This document shows, in pieces, positions 1 to 14,073 of a stretch of DNA of 64,000 bases. Origin of the DNA: Tubulanus polymorphus (taxonomy: Eukaryota; Animalia; Nemertea); the NCBI RefSeq assembly GCF_964204645.1, contig NC_134030.1, positions 9,575,222 through 9,639,221 on the forward strand. The letters are read 5' to 3'. The translations under genes and the position numbers were made by a program. Each line of letters opens with the position of its first letter. Position 1 is the first letter of the stretch. The notes under the pieces are model-generated. The model was not told the origin of the DNA. It searched no databases and was given only the letters and a program-made list of their open reading frames with translations.

Positions 1-1038
1 CAAGGGGTTCCAGACGGCTATACAAAGGCCTATACCGAACATGCACCTGATGAGCATACATTCCCTGAAAGAAACTTATTCGCTCCACATGTTTCGGTGT
101 TTCTTGCTCGGCTGGCTGTCGCTTTGGTCAACAGGTGTCGGCGTTCCCACCACACAACCCACCAAGGGGCCGGTGAAAACGCCGGATTTCGAATTTAAAC
201 GCACTAAATTATTCACGGAATGCGCCAATGAGGCCTTAGAATGTCATGGTTCGTACGTTCGGAAGAGACATTGAAAACGGAGTCATTATTGTCTATTATT
301 TGAAAACCTTTGAATCCAATTCGAATTCTATTGTGTATTTTATCTGTTTCAAAAGGCCGAATGTTCTATACGAAAGATGGTTAATTGCGATAAGGTTTAG
401 ATAAGTTTTCGTAATTGACACACGTGCGATTTTTTTTCGACGTCGGACGACAAAAGCTCGTGAAATCGAATTCGAGACCCATTCTACGCTCGACAAAAGA
501 TCAGAATTTCTCAATGAAACTGGGCCGTTTGTTTACCGTAAATACACGTCGATTTCGACTCGAATCGCAAAATGGTAGCTTATAAATCATTTTCGACTTT
601 GTTTCGAGCGACATCGTGACACGAAGAACAAAGGCCGTTAGTCAACTGCCGCGGACCCACTGACTGCGATCGACAGCAAAAAATATGTTCCGAACCAAAA
701 CACCAATTATCCGTACGTGATTCGGTGAATCGAAATTTAATTAAGCCGACATCGAGTTTAACACGCGTCATCGTTATCGGCTTTGACGATCTTGAGATCG
801 CGTCAAAATCAAACAGGTAACGGGGGAAAACGAATCGAAATGGACAGTGCTATTTCGTATCAAACGGTGGCGATAATCGAAAAGAAAAACCAATATAGCA
901 TCAAACGGAGCCGCGAATCTATAGGTAACAAGGGAATAATCGGAATAGGTTTTGCGATTCGCATGTATGTGCGGGTCGTTTTTTTGTTTGTTTTATACGT
1001 CAAAACCGCATGAAATACGTAATCTATCGAACGTACAA

Positions 1039-1453
1039 AAAGTTAGAAACCACATTAAAGTGAAAACAATAAACTAGAAGAGAATAAGATAAAAACCCAC
1101 TATCTACAGATTAAAAGAATTTAAAAACAAGAATTTATTTATTAAATCTAAAATATATATAAGACACGACGTTTCGATGATCTCTAGGGTGAGATCGAAA
1201 CGTCGTGTCTTATATATATATTTTAGATTTAATAAATAAATTCTTGTTTTTAAATTGTTTAATCTGTAGATAGTGGGTTTTTATCTTATTATCCGTTCAC
1301 CACGTTTGAGTGTGGTTATCGTTATGTTAAACTAGAAGAGAATCTAACGTTTGGACTCAATTCTATGCACCATTTTCAAAATCATAGATAATTGAGTCGA
1401 CACATCAGATTGTCTTCTAGTTTTTTTTCTATTGCATTGTGGGTTTTAACTTT
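1039..1453. repeat. Older diverged inverted repeat hosting the 1086-1327 insertion
   Basis: After removing the insert, aagttagaaaccac...aactagaagagaatctaacgtttggactcaattctatg pairs with catagataattgagtcgacacatcagattgtcttctagtt...gtgggttttaactt. Confidence 0.6.
1086..1327 (+). mobile_element. Penelope-like foldback insertion
   Basis: About 96-bp inverted arms (1083-1178 / 1194-1290) plus a 37-bp extension. 16-bp direct repeat TAAACTAGAAGAGAAT (1070-1085, 1328-1343). The centre GATCTC-tagggt-GAGATC-GAAA-CG-TC is the 3' part of a minimal hammerhead. Confidence 0.72.
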
Positions 1454-1812
1454 ATTGATATCAGACAGTCACTAGTCTATGGAAACCAACATCTTTAATG
1501 GCTGTATAGCGCGCGATACGAATCGTTTTTCTTTTTTGGTGTCGAGGTTCATTTAATACAAGTTTTGTTACGCATTCCATGTATATGCATTATGTTCGTT
1601 TATTAAATAATCCCTTGGTTACTTTATTTAGAAATGGGAAATATCACGACGTACGTACATTATTCCACTGCTACACCATATACCCAGACTACGAGAAATA
1701 TTTCCAGAATTAAGCACGAAAAGGGAACTGAAAAGACAGTAACCTCTATCGTGTGACACCGGTTCTAGCACAGTTACATACCCCGGACTTAACATTAGAC
1801 TTTACTCCTTTA

Positions 1813-1990
1813 TTACAGTCAACTGCCGATATACCGCCCACATAGGTCCAGAACGACCTTGGCGGTATAGAGAGTATGGCGGTATATCGGGGTGTTTTAC
1901 TACGTATTTGTGTAGAGATGTACATTGAAAAAACCTGGCAGTAGGCGGGGGTGGTGGTATACGGGAGGGCGGTATATCGGGGGTCATGGT
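1813..1990. mobile_element. Tigger/pogo-like MITE fragment with repeated GATATACCGCC subterminal motifs; second copy at 47581-47711 in opposite orientation
   Basis: TACAGTCAAC..CCGATATACCG start; 1860-1985 is the reverse complement of 47588-47711 at high similarity. Confidence 0.6.
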
Positions 1991-4139
1991 TAATATCTTT
2001 AATCGTTAAAAGTAAACTCCCTAGTATGCAACCAGGACGTAATGAAAACGATTCCACAGGTAAAGAAATAATCTGATACCCACTTCACGCATTATCATAA
2101 TTCGGACGTGTAAAACTATGCGAGAATGTGGCTTGTTTTCGGTGTATGTACGTCTTTTGTGCGGGCAATTCATTTTCACACCGATATTATATGAAAAATT
2201 ATGCGCACTCGAAGAATTACCGCGACGTTCTTGTACATCGTCTATACAAGCAATCGGGGTATTCTCTTTCAGACGATTCGACGCTAAAGCGAATACCGCA
2301 CGACACGACGTAAAAAACAAACGACCTTCTTTTGAAGAGACACGCGGAGATATTTTTCATAATCGCGCCTGGGTAGACTGGTTGAATTTTCTATCGGGTA
2401 TTTAAAGCTTAAATTTCAATGAGCCTATTCATTTCGTAATATACAGATTCGCCTGAAATGTTATAGGGTTGTTAACATGTTTGGTTTTTGTACGAAAACG
2501 CGAGATCTAACACATCTACGTTGAAAAGGTAACACCGAATATGAAAGTTGATCGACCCACCTGGTAAGATGATATAATACCCGAGGCGTGTCCCAAGGCC
2601 ACACTATACAGTCACAAAACCAGGCCTCTGCCAAGTAGGGGGAGGGGTTCGGGGGTAGCGAAAGAACCCCCTAATATGTTCGAAGTGCCCAAATCCATTC
2701 TCAAACGATTTATTCAGACATTAAAAAGTCGTAATTTAGGATCTGTGTTTTTCTTACGGTGAAAAAGCGCCATTATTCTTGAGATAGATCTGCCCCTCAA
2801 AAGAACTTTGGTTCGAATATAGCTATTGCTACAATGATTGTTTTTTTTTAAATACTGTTTCGTATCATATTGTAATTTCATATCTTAATATCAATATGTT
2901 AACTTAGATAAACTATACTACACTATATCCAAGATTCGGAATATTCATTTTCTCGGCGCGAAAGAAAACAACTAGATTCACTGGAATGTTTGGGAAATAT
3001 CGAGATTTATGATTAACGACGATTAGTAAATTATGATCTGATTTTGGCCACCTTCCAAAACACGTGGGCTCAATTCGTGTTTCACGGGTCAGGGGTTCAA
3101 GCCTATACAAATAGTGACTGACTTCATGTTAATGTCCTAACACACAAGATAGCTAACAACCATACGGTTTTTTTTTTCATAGTTGCTAATGCGCGCCGAA
3201 AATCTTTGGAATTTTTGCTGAATTTGGGCTCGAATTCTTTCCCTTTTATGTTCGGAAAGCTCCGAGGCTTATTGCACCTTGAGAAAAAGTATTTCGCTGT
3301 CGGTAAAATTTTAATTGGCAATGTTTAATGGCTATTTTGTAAATAAACTGCGTCGCCTTCAACTGGGGCTTTTTAATTATCGCTGCGTGCGATCGTCGTC
3401 GGCAAAGCTTTCGGTGTCAAATCAAAGCGGGGACAATTTAACAAATTCCATAATTCGATCAAATGAATAAAAATGGATGAAGAATGAAGGCATAAACCAA
3501 CGAATCATCGTAGATATATTTCTTAGAGACGATATTTTCGAAAGCGTATTTAAACTATTTAAAAAACTTTGCCATCGCAAAGCGCTTTGTGACCCGTCAA
3601 ATGAAAGATTGTGGCGGATAAGAACAGCCGAAGCTATTTTCTATTCATTTTACATAACATGATTGATTGTCTAGTCGGACCATTACGTTTGTACGCGATA
3701 TTTAGTAGGCCTAGGTTTTTTTTAGAAAGCTTTGAATATAACAACACCGTTTCAATAATAGAAAACAGTTTTGTATATATCACATAGTACGCAGTTGCAT
3801 AAATGGGATCGGAAAATACGTCATGCTATATTTCGATGGTATACAAACACATAATAGACCATCGGAGTAACCCGCAAACCAGCTATCTCACCAGATGGCG
3901 GGACGGACATTCGGTCTTTCGTTGACAAAATAAGTTCATTATCAATGAACTTTGAATTGAATTTTTAGGCTCCCGAATCCATAAATTATCACAGTACTTT
4001 ATATATTACATAATTACATTATATATCCATATATTACTACCAATACTTTAAATTCATTTTTCTACTCAGAAATTAATATCTTATTAATATCATGTATTTC
4101 ATGTATCCAGAAAAGACGTTTTCACCGAAAGGAAGAAGA

Positions 4140-4262
4140 AATTGAAAGCGGCGAAGACCGAGTTACTACTTGCGAACCTGGCGGATCCTCGCCTGTCATA
4201 TGTGGAATCCTCGATTGCAACAGGAGGTCGCAGGTTCTCCATTGCGTAGAAATTGAATTCGA
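4140..4262 (+). repeat. Dispersed repeat; second copy at about 53720-53845
   Basis: accgagttactacttgcgaacctggcggatcc...tggaatcctcgattgc matches accgagtaactactagcgaacctggtggatcc...tggaatcctcgattgc. Confidence 0.65.
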
Positions 4263-7200
4263 ATTCAAGATTAATTTATTTGCGGTTAAACAGATTCAAA
4301 CATCGATTGATTACCCCAAGTGACCATGCGAATAGAAAGCGTATAAACTTTCACGTCAAATCCTGGCAATTAAAAGGCTATAAAACACAATATACGACAG
4401 TAAACCTATGGCCCTAAGTGTTTCAAGTATAGGCGATTTTATAGAGGATAGGCCTTACGTGCTACGATCCAAAATGCAGAACTAATTTTACGACACAACG
4501 GAAAGGATTTATGAATGAAAATGGCCATAAACTCGACGAAAACACTCCTTGATTTATGACGTCATACATTTTCGTCAATAAACAAAACAAAACCGAAAAT
4601 CTATCGATGATATTTGTTTTCTCAGCTCCCAGATATATACTAATTTTAGCTCAATCAATTGTGTTTCCGGTGAAATCGTTGTTGCCTCCCAAACAAATCG
4701 ATCCCAACCGTGGCGTGGGAGTGATTTGTCATAGGCGTGAACATACACGATGAAAAACACTTCCTCCATCGCTAAAAATCCTATCTACCCTGCACATTAC
4801 CATTTTAAAATCATGACCAAGCAATCCATTACAGCAGCTATAGAAATGAATTGATCACAAATCTCATTGTAGTTTACAAAACGAGAATTGGAGAAACAAA
4901 GTATCATTTCATTTTAGCCTAAATTCAGAGGGCTCTCGCTTAATATTTCCTCTGTTGAAGTTATAAGGTCACGGTAAGATGGGAACGGCCCGGCTAGTAT
5001 ACGCTTTACGATCGGACATCTTTCAGCAACCAGAAATGTTTAAAATTCGGCTTGCTGTAAATGTATGGATCGTTTTATTACGTGGGACAATGAAAATATA
5101 TACTTTATCACAGAAAGTGCAGTACATGTGATTTGTGAAGTATTTCTAGTGACGAAATCGTGCTCGTCGTAACCGGTGCCTGTTTCATTATCACGTACGT
5201 ATACTGTAAAACACGAGAAACTCATTTCGAAATAAAGGCCCCCTGTATATACAATGAAACGGGATAGAACAACGCCTGAAGTAACTTCTGAATAATGACG
5301 AAATGAATCGACGACACTCCTTATGACCATAATTTCACCGCAAATAATCTGTCTGTATATGTGTTTATATATATAGGTAAGGTTAGAGCCAGCCCACACG
5401 ACAACATAGTACTGGGCATGAACCCTGAGGTGTTCATTCATGAAGGTCTACTATACACTACTGCAGAATTATTAATCTATTTCGATCATTGTACGTATTC
5501 ATCGCATAGAGAAATCGTTTCGTACCAAAAATAACGCGTTAGATATCGATTTTCCATATCTATAGATTCAAATATATATATAACGCTCGTATCGGTTTAG
5601 GTTTAAACATTGGCGTCGGTGTTCTTAAGATGTAGAATCTAATAAAGGATATTCATTTTGAAAATCATTTTGACTTAGTACGTGTTTTTGACTTAGATTT
5701 TGAACGAATAATTGAAAGTTTCATGGCGGCGGTGATTTCGCATATGATGTAGGACAAAAACAAGATCTCTACCTTATGTAGGGTAAAACATATTCGTCTA
5801 GTTTTTTCGTTTTGATAACACATTTCAACGGCTCGTAATGCGCTCTGGCAATTGTTCCCTTGCACACACATAGATATCAGACAGCGTGCCCATCCATCAG
5901 GCACCGGGGGACGTTATGACTGGGCCGGTGTTTGGTTAATCGTTGATCGAGGACTCTCGGTGTCGCTACCGAACAAAACGGTCGCAGGAATATTCCAATA
6001 CCGTGTATTCAGACAACGTCAAAGGGAGGTCAAATTTCAGCAATTAGTCATCTCGTGACCTTTCGCGGTTGATAGATATGTCTACTGCGCGAGATTTTGA
6101 GAAAGAAAAGACTAGTCGTCAAATATGAAATCCAAAAAAACATGATATACCCGCTAATCATTGATAGTGATAGTAATAGTAATGAAATTTCGATAGCGTC
6201 CTTGTCACTGCGCTACTATGTACAACGGCACTTTCCATTAAATAGGGAAGTTTCCAGTCACCAGGCGCCATTTAAAGGGGGTCCCACAGGTCCCATATTG
6301 TTGGACAAATTTTAACATTTTTTAAACAAAAAACCTCTAGCGCGATGAATTGTCGTCCATCCCCTCCTTTGGCAAAAAATTAAACTAATGGATCGTTATC
6401 ATTTTATTACCCCAGCCTGTAGCCCTAACCATTTATCAGGTAACGATAATGCAGACATATATCATCATTCATAAAAGATCTAAACAGTTTTATTCGCGTA
6501 GTGTATATAGGCTTTTGGAGGTCTGATAGAAATAACTTATGTACAAAATCGAGAACCACTTCAAACCATCCTCGGAATTCAAAAATTGCTCAAATTCTTA
6601 TTCCATACCTGAACATCGTAGAGACTTTGTCATCATTTTCAGAATAAAATTCAACTAAAAGCCCATATCTATATCACGATCTGTATATCTATATATCCAT
6701 TACCAACAGCGGCTTTTGCATCTTACGGGAAGTGACAATCCGACGGTCTTTTAATGCCTATAGCCTATATCTATCTATCTATTTCCGAAATCGGTCTCGT
6801 TTATTCGAAATATTACAGAGCGAATAGAAAGTGCAAAGAATACGAAACGAGTATAGTTCTAAAATCTAAAATATTCCACCTCACTCGTCTGAAGTGGAAA
6901 AAAACGTGTATTTTTCCCTACGAGACAATATATACGCTCTCGCATACATTTCTATAAGTGGCCGACAGCACCGCGGAGAGGATTCATTTCAAGGGCTTCG
7001 GTTAGAGCACTCGAAGAGTATGAGAAAAAGAGCGGCGGACGCGTTACGAGTACCCACCCCTTATACGAGCTCACATATTTCGAGTTGTTTCGGCTGTTGA
7101 AGTGTAATAGTCGAGATATATAAGCGTCGATTTATGTAATATATGTATCGAGTGAAATTCGAAGATTTATCAAAACGAAAGAACGGAGATAATGTGTCGA

Positions 7201-10200
7201 ATCAGACTATCGAACTATAGTAAACATCGCGTAAGTCGGTTCTTTTCGGGACCAAGAAAAATCCTCCGACTAAGAATATGTCAGATTTCAGCTTTTTTCT
7301 AGAAAACTACGACTTTAAATTGACGATTTCTATAAACGAAAAATTAAACTGCAATGGGATGATAATAGCTCTCCGACCTTCGGTGGAGTGATTTTAACTG
7401 ATTTCTTTTTCATTTTGGGACGAAGAAAAGTGTAGTACGTCACAGGCGGATTTCAGAGGGATAAAATCCGACACTTTGCAATATCAATTTCTTTGAAAAA
7501 GATAAGGAAAATTCGGGACCATCAATATCTATCCGATACAAGCGATTATCCGACTGTCGCCGATCCGACTTACGCAAGGTTTACTGCGAATTTCTTATTT
7601 TTGAACGGCGAATTACGGCTAAATATGCTCATCGCATCGATAGGTTTTATCCCTATCATTGTCTATCAGATATCGGAACTCGCCGTACTGATATTTCGAT
7701 ACCCACCGTACGCCACCGTACGCCCGTCAACATGACCGCATACACTCGAGCCATTGTTTTTCACAGTTCGGGTCAGGAGCGTGCACCCGTGACCGAGGCA
7801 CCTTATACAAAACGTGAAAAACATCGCAAAGACGACGACTGAGGTGACGACCTGTCGTCTGAATTAATGTCATTGCGACATATTTGTGATCGACTGTTAA
7901 TGACAAACAACGGCCCTTTCTTTCCGATTTACTTAGATATTTTCCACGCTTCTTTTCGTCTCCAAACAAACGAAAAATAAAATATGTCATGAAAATCGAT
8001 TTCTACTAGGATTGAATTCAAAAGTTGCAACTGTAACCGAATCTAAAAACCTAAATAAAATAGGAGGTGAGGATCACTTTATTTTAACAATGTCCTGTTT
8101 TCAAAAATTAATGAGCGCGATTAATACCGAATTTCTAAGTATCGAACATCCACAAATCATATCATGTATTCAAATGTTCACGAAAGTAAATTGGGAAACT
8201 ATAGTTTTATTACATCAGAAAATGTTCATAACTACTGATATCAGATATAATTGCTATCCTTTACTCTAACTCTTTTATATGTCGATTATGCAAGGAAATA
8301 TTATTAGAAATGTTATCTGTGCTCACATGTATTTATATGTGTGGAGCGAATAAAATCTATACTTTTTGGTCCTCTATTTTTATGTAACATGGCTATATCA
8401 GCTTTGATATTAACGAAGTCTATAACAAGAGGAAACGCTTGCACACGCGCATAAGTGCTAATCACATGCGGTAATTCAGTTAGTTATACGCGTAATAATG
8501 ATTTCTGCATTATTCAGTGATATTTTCTTTTTTTTCAAACGATGTTCGGCGCGCATGCAACTTGTTTAATTGGAACCCCGTTGAAAACCCATCGAAAGCT
8601 ATATAGTCTATCCGACAAGTTTCTTTCACAAAGCCATACATATAACGCCGTGCGCAAACATGTGTTTCCAAATACATGTAAAAGCCTAGTATACGCATTA
8701 GGCCATTTTTAGTAGATACTAAAATCATATTTTCGTATTTTGGATGGACAAAATGCTATTGTAGTAGACATTAAAATCATATTTTTGCAGTTTTGAGTAA
8801 AATGTAAACCGCGATTGTAAAAAAATTGCACTAGAATACACACAAACAGAGGAGACTTTGTCCCCTGGCTGTGGGTCAGTGCGACTAGAAACAATCCGAG
8901 CAAGCAATTGACCGGTGTTTGACTTTCACCCCCCGAGCTACCGTGTAATCAAAAGGGCATTGTTCAGCACAGCCCACACGCCTCTCATCCCATTTGCTTA
9001 TTGTCCAGCGTAATTCGAAAGCAAATTCTTTCGCTCGTCTTAATTCGCACGCACCGTACGACGACCAAGTTCATAAACTCTGATATAACTTCTAATAAAA
9101 CTAATAAAATCTTGAAAATATGGATTTTCCCTTTAAATAATTGACTGATTGCTTATCTTTGATTTGAATTTGGATACCTAACGCAGTGCACTACGTTGGC
9201 AAGATGTGGGTTCTTAGAGCCAAGAGAACATACCGCCTTTTTTGCCGGAGCGACTTCACTGTCAGTCCGCACTTCCGCTTTTTATAAGTCTTAAAGCATA
9301 GTCGTACTTCATCAAACTATTCGCTTTAGACCCAAAGAAGCTCTATCAACACCAGTTATTTTAGTATATATATGTATACAATCTTTCAGCTGTTAAACCG
9401 TTTTGCTTCTTCTGAATTCAACCATTGTGTCTATAATTTTCACGTTAGTATATTTCAACGACTAATTAAAACCGCACAACGGGGAAACGCGAAAAGGTTT
9501 CCGAATTTAGCACAAAGAAAATTAATTCGAATTGAATACACAATTTTCCTGCCGACTACCCAAAGCTTATATCGACTATACGTTGCGCAATACATAATGA
9601 TCTATTTCTAATTCTGTACTCTCGATCAAGGTACTAATTCGATTTTTCGGTTACCTTACTCTTGTCAAATTGAAATAGAGAAACCTCGAACATTGTCAAA
9701 ATTAGACTGCAATATTGTTGGTTCTTGAAATTCCGAAATATGATTACGCATATGTACCCATGAACTATTTCGCTCTATTGGCAATGACATAAGTATAATG
9801 ATAAGTATACATTGGTAATACATATATCAATCTTAAATCCTTTAGAAATTCAGATTATCAAGCTAGTTGATATTTGCATATTAATTAAACACGCTAATCG
9901 ATACCTATTCCGTTCATAACAACATATTCAAACATATATAACACACGTTGCTGACATCGTCTGTCCACACAGTCCACTCACCGATATCAAACAACTCCGC
10001 CATAACTCCATCCCAATCCGTGAAAACCCGCTTATCCGGATTCCGCGACGACATGATTTTTTCTCTAATCGATGTAACGCAATTACGGGGCCATTCGGCG
10101 ATTAATCCTATTTCACGAAACGCGTCCTACAACCGACATGTTGTGCGTGTTCCGTTCGAGCGTTCGCTCGTTCGTTCTCTCGACGGTATATTACGCGTAC

Positions 10201-11959
10201 GTCACAGCGCCGCGCGCTGAACGTGTCACGTGGTACGCCAGTCATTTACGTCTCAAACAATGTCGAGTCGATGATCAGCGTTGATGATTTTGCATGACAA
10301 TCGACGCGCACCACATTCGCTTACAACCACCGTCTTGAATACTAACAGTGTATATTCGCAGATATACTTATAAACACAAAACGAAGCTTTGTTCAACAGA
10401 AGGCATCGTAAATTAACCTAGACTTGTATATGTATTTGTGGGTAAAAATCACACCACGAATGGGCGATTAAGAATAATAATCAGGCGAATTATATATTTA
10501 ACCTCATGAGGAATTTCAGTTCGCTGTGCGGTGTTCAGGTAAACGACATTCCATTGAACCAACGCGCGAAACGGATGCAATGATAATTGAAGTGGTAATT
10601 AATGGGTGCGCTTTTAAAGGAAACGCGTTGAAAAATGTACCAGAAAATTGACTTACGACGCAACAGAAATCGTTTTTATAATTGCTTCGTTTTTTAATTC
10701 GTAAGTGAAAGGCTCGTTGTCGTTCACTCTCAAAATGAATTCGCATCAGCAAAAACTTGCGGTAAGTACGTAGGCGAATGCGCAATCACGAATAAGAGAT
10801 TTTCTGTGCAAAAAATTATAGAAAAAAAACACGAGAATTAAAAATCCGCACAGGTAACGATTAATCCGTTTTTCGATATGAAAGTATTTGCGAGTTTTAC
10901 GCAAATCGATATGTCTTACAGTCGTTTTTAAGCGATGATCGATGCACTCCAAGTTGCCCTGGCAGTCAGGGCTATCCGATATAGCAGCAATATTATGCTC
11001 CAAAAACCGCCAATGATCATCCATCCAAAAGCGCCGAATTAAAAGTAACTACCATATAGTCGACACCCGACGACCGCCGCCGTTCGAAACGCTATAGCGC
11101 GTCGGTTCGGATATCGATGCACATATTTTCTTCGCGGAATAAAGACTTGTTTGTTCTCATTGTATTCATTAGCTCTCGTATGGCTGTCAAGAAATGTACT
11201 CAACATTCTTTTTCGGTAAGAAGAAGCCACTCTTGTTAACACTTTTTACAATTTTTAAGCGGCGTTTTCGACGACGTGAGATTTCCATTATATGCTCATC
11301 GAGAACTGATATGCGCAATACAGTATTTTAGCGTAGGCCAAGTCTAGCCATGGACTCGTTTATGAGTCCATGGTCAGTCGGTTAACCCTAAGCGATTTTT
11401 CTATTCAATTCCGCATGATATTACGTAAGCTTTGACACATCATTTCGTCTGAGATACTCCTTAGAAATTAAGTTTCATAAGTTTTGAATTCTATAAACTT
11501 CCAAAACCATGTTCGTGGACAGGTCTGCCAAGAACAAAGAAGCACCCGATAATAAAAGAATTAAAGATACGAAATCGGCTTCAAATAACCTACGTAACAA
11601 TCTATCTAAAATCCTTACCCAACAATATATCTATATACGTAGTGATACAGAATGAAGGTTATCTACGTATACATCTTTTTTACGATGTGCCTCCATTCAG
11701 ATTTGGAATTTTCATAATTTCATGGCGAAATACTTAACAATCATAACAAGAAATTGCCAATCGGGGCCTTGTGCATTGTAAAAGCGCGCAAACTCGTCGA
11801 TCTATTTGTTTGCTCTGCTCAAATACTTCCTCCTTCGATAGTGAGAAATAGATTCACCTTGTTTTCCTGTCGCAGGTCTGAGGAGATATTACATACTTCA
11901 GTTTTTAAGACTGGCGTAATATGCAGAAAAATCTCACGAGGTATATTCACCACTAGTTA

Positions 11960-12208
11960 GTACAATCTTAAGATCATATAAGATCGTGCTCTGCCCAAAC
12001 ACTCCGGAATATCTTACCTGGTCCTAGTTAGTCCTTCAATCGATGTTTTTAAATCTAAGCTCAAAACCCAATTTTTCATCAAAGCTTTTAATTAAACCAG
12101 TTTTAGTCATCTCTGTTCATTTTTTATATATAATGCAAAGCGATGAGGATATTTCATATGGATTTTAGGCTGAATAAATTATTATTATCATTATCATTAT
12201 TATTATTA
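11960..12208 (+). mobile_element. 3' end of an L2/CR1-group LINE
   Basis: Degenerate ORF2 tail ...SIDVFKSKLKTQFFIKAFN*, then AATAAA and an (ATT)n tail. Confidence 0.55.
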
Positions 12209-13751
12209 GGCACCGTGTGAATAATTCTTAAAAAAGAGCAACAGCCGACCAAAATAGAATCGAACACCCTATGGTTCATCTTCGTATGTTTATTTAAAGA
12301 CGCTAAATGGCATGGCGAAAACTATCATTACGTAAACAAAGGTAGCATTGATTAGAGTTTGTTCGGGTCTATGGTAAAAGAAAATTGCAACGTACGACAT
12401 TTTGACGCAACCTACATATTTAATTATACGTTTGTAAACGACGTCATTGCCACGGTTACTTCGGTTAAGTTGTCTCGACACAATTAATTTTCACCGGGAA
12501 CCCAATCCGATGACCACGATTTTGGAACAATCAGGGACGGGGATATCGAAGAATTGTTTCGACTATGGCGACTGGTGTAGCAAGAAGCCGCATGGGGTTC
12601 TCGGTGGATTAGGTTAGAAATTACTCCAATTCAATCAGTTCCATTGTTAATCCTATCACGAACGTACTTGCGCACACCTGCTGGAGAGTTTGTTTTCTCG
12701 AAATTCCCGTATACGCATTCTTTTTTAAGGATTTTACTCGAATGGTGAAGAAATCTCGTTGACAGACAAGAGCGAGCAAACGATACCCTTCCTTCCATCG
12801 CGACGTGACGGAATTGCAAAGCAATTGCACCTGTACACACAGCCGTATATACAGTACATGTTGATCGAATGTGAAAATCTCCCAAACAGAAGTGCCACTT
12901 ATTTTTTTTTTCACATTGTGTTTCACAGATCGCACAAAAACTGCGTGATCGCGAGTGTCAAAAATCTCAAACATTGCGTCACGTTCGTGTGTGTGTGTTG
13001 GTATGCTTTAAACTTTCTCGGTTGACTTACGTGATATTATGCGGCCACGCTCGAAAAAGGTCACAATACCGAATGTTTTAAGATAATTAGTCCGTAATAA
13101 GATAAACGTGGTTGTATTGGCTATTTCAAGATCGTAGAAGTATCTATAATGTAGAAAGAGCGTTGATTCACCGCGAAAAATTAAATTCTAAAAATGAGTT
13201 TTACCGTAAAAACATATTTTTTGCCTAAATTTCTAATTATATCTAGAAATATGATAAATTTAAAATAAATATATATACGTGGGCGGCGGATCTAGGAAAA
13301 TCGGAAGACCAGGGTCCAGAAGAAAATAAAAGGCATTTCTCGGATAAAACAGCCAATTCAAACGCTACTAGCGGGGTCCCACCCTCGGTATTAAGATGTT
13401 TTTGATGAATTACATCCTAGAATATGCAATTCCCATAGTATGAGTGTCACATCTACAGGGTTTAACTATCTCTATTTTGACGAAAAGGACGACCCGAGTG
13501 GAAAGGCATCGGTCTGGACCTACTAGACCACCACCTCCGCCCTTGGTTTATCGATCATAAGATTTGTTTTTTTTTATCATTCGGTTTCTTCAACTCTATA
13601 GTAGAGAATATGGTCATAGATAGAGAGTATGGTCATTGATTGAATTATGATATTCAATATATGGAACTAGTCTATACAGAATTTTTGTTAATGAATACGA
13701 CATGACCACACTACTAGACCGGCAGCATTATACAAAAAAAATAGTTAACAG

Positions 13752-13922
13752 CCTTTTCGAAATCAAAAGGAAAATGATAATTGAATCAGCCCAATATTAA
13801 TCGTTACTGTACCTCGGATATAATACAAAGAAAATAAGTACCCGTTTACAGTCTTTTCGATATTCAAAAGGAAAATGATATTTGAATCAGCCCAATATTA
13901 ATCGTTACTGTACCTCGGATAT
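13752..13922. repeat. About 70-bp direct duplication that includes the splice donor of the MGNEQS exon
   Basis: 13752-13821 and 13853-13922 are nearly identical. Confidence 0.85.
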
Positions 13923-14073
13923 CGTATCGCATGTGGCGCGAGCGTCGACCGGCGGACGCAGGTCGACCGGTTGCAGACGATAGACGACTGACGGACGAAG
14001 ACGGTTGACCGGCAGACGACGGTCGATCGGACGAGGAACGCACCGACGAGTGCGCGCTCTGTTCGTTTCCCAT
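13914..14073 (-). CDS. First coding exon starting MGNEQS (predicted N-myristoylation), Ser/Arg-rich
   Basis: ATG at 14073; MGNEQSAHSSVRSSSDRPSSAGQPSS...RYDIR; donor G|gtacag, phase 1. Downstream exons were not identified. Confidence 0.6.

Noticed and set aside
41-274. Coding-looking sequence at the window edge, on either strand
   Set aside because: No recognisable domain or reliable splice pair, so it cannot be assigned
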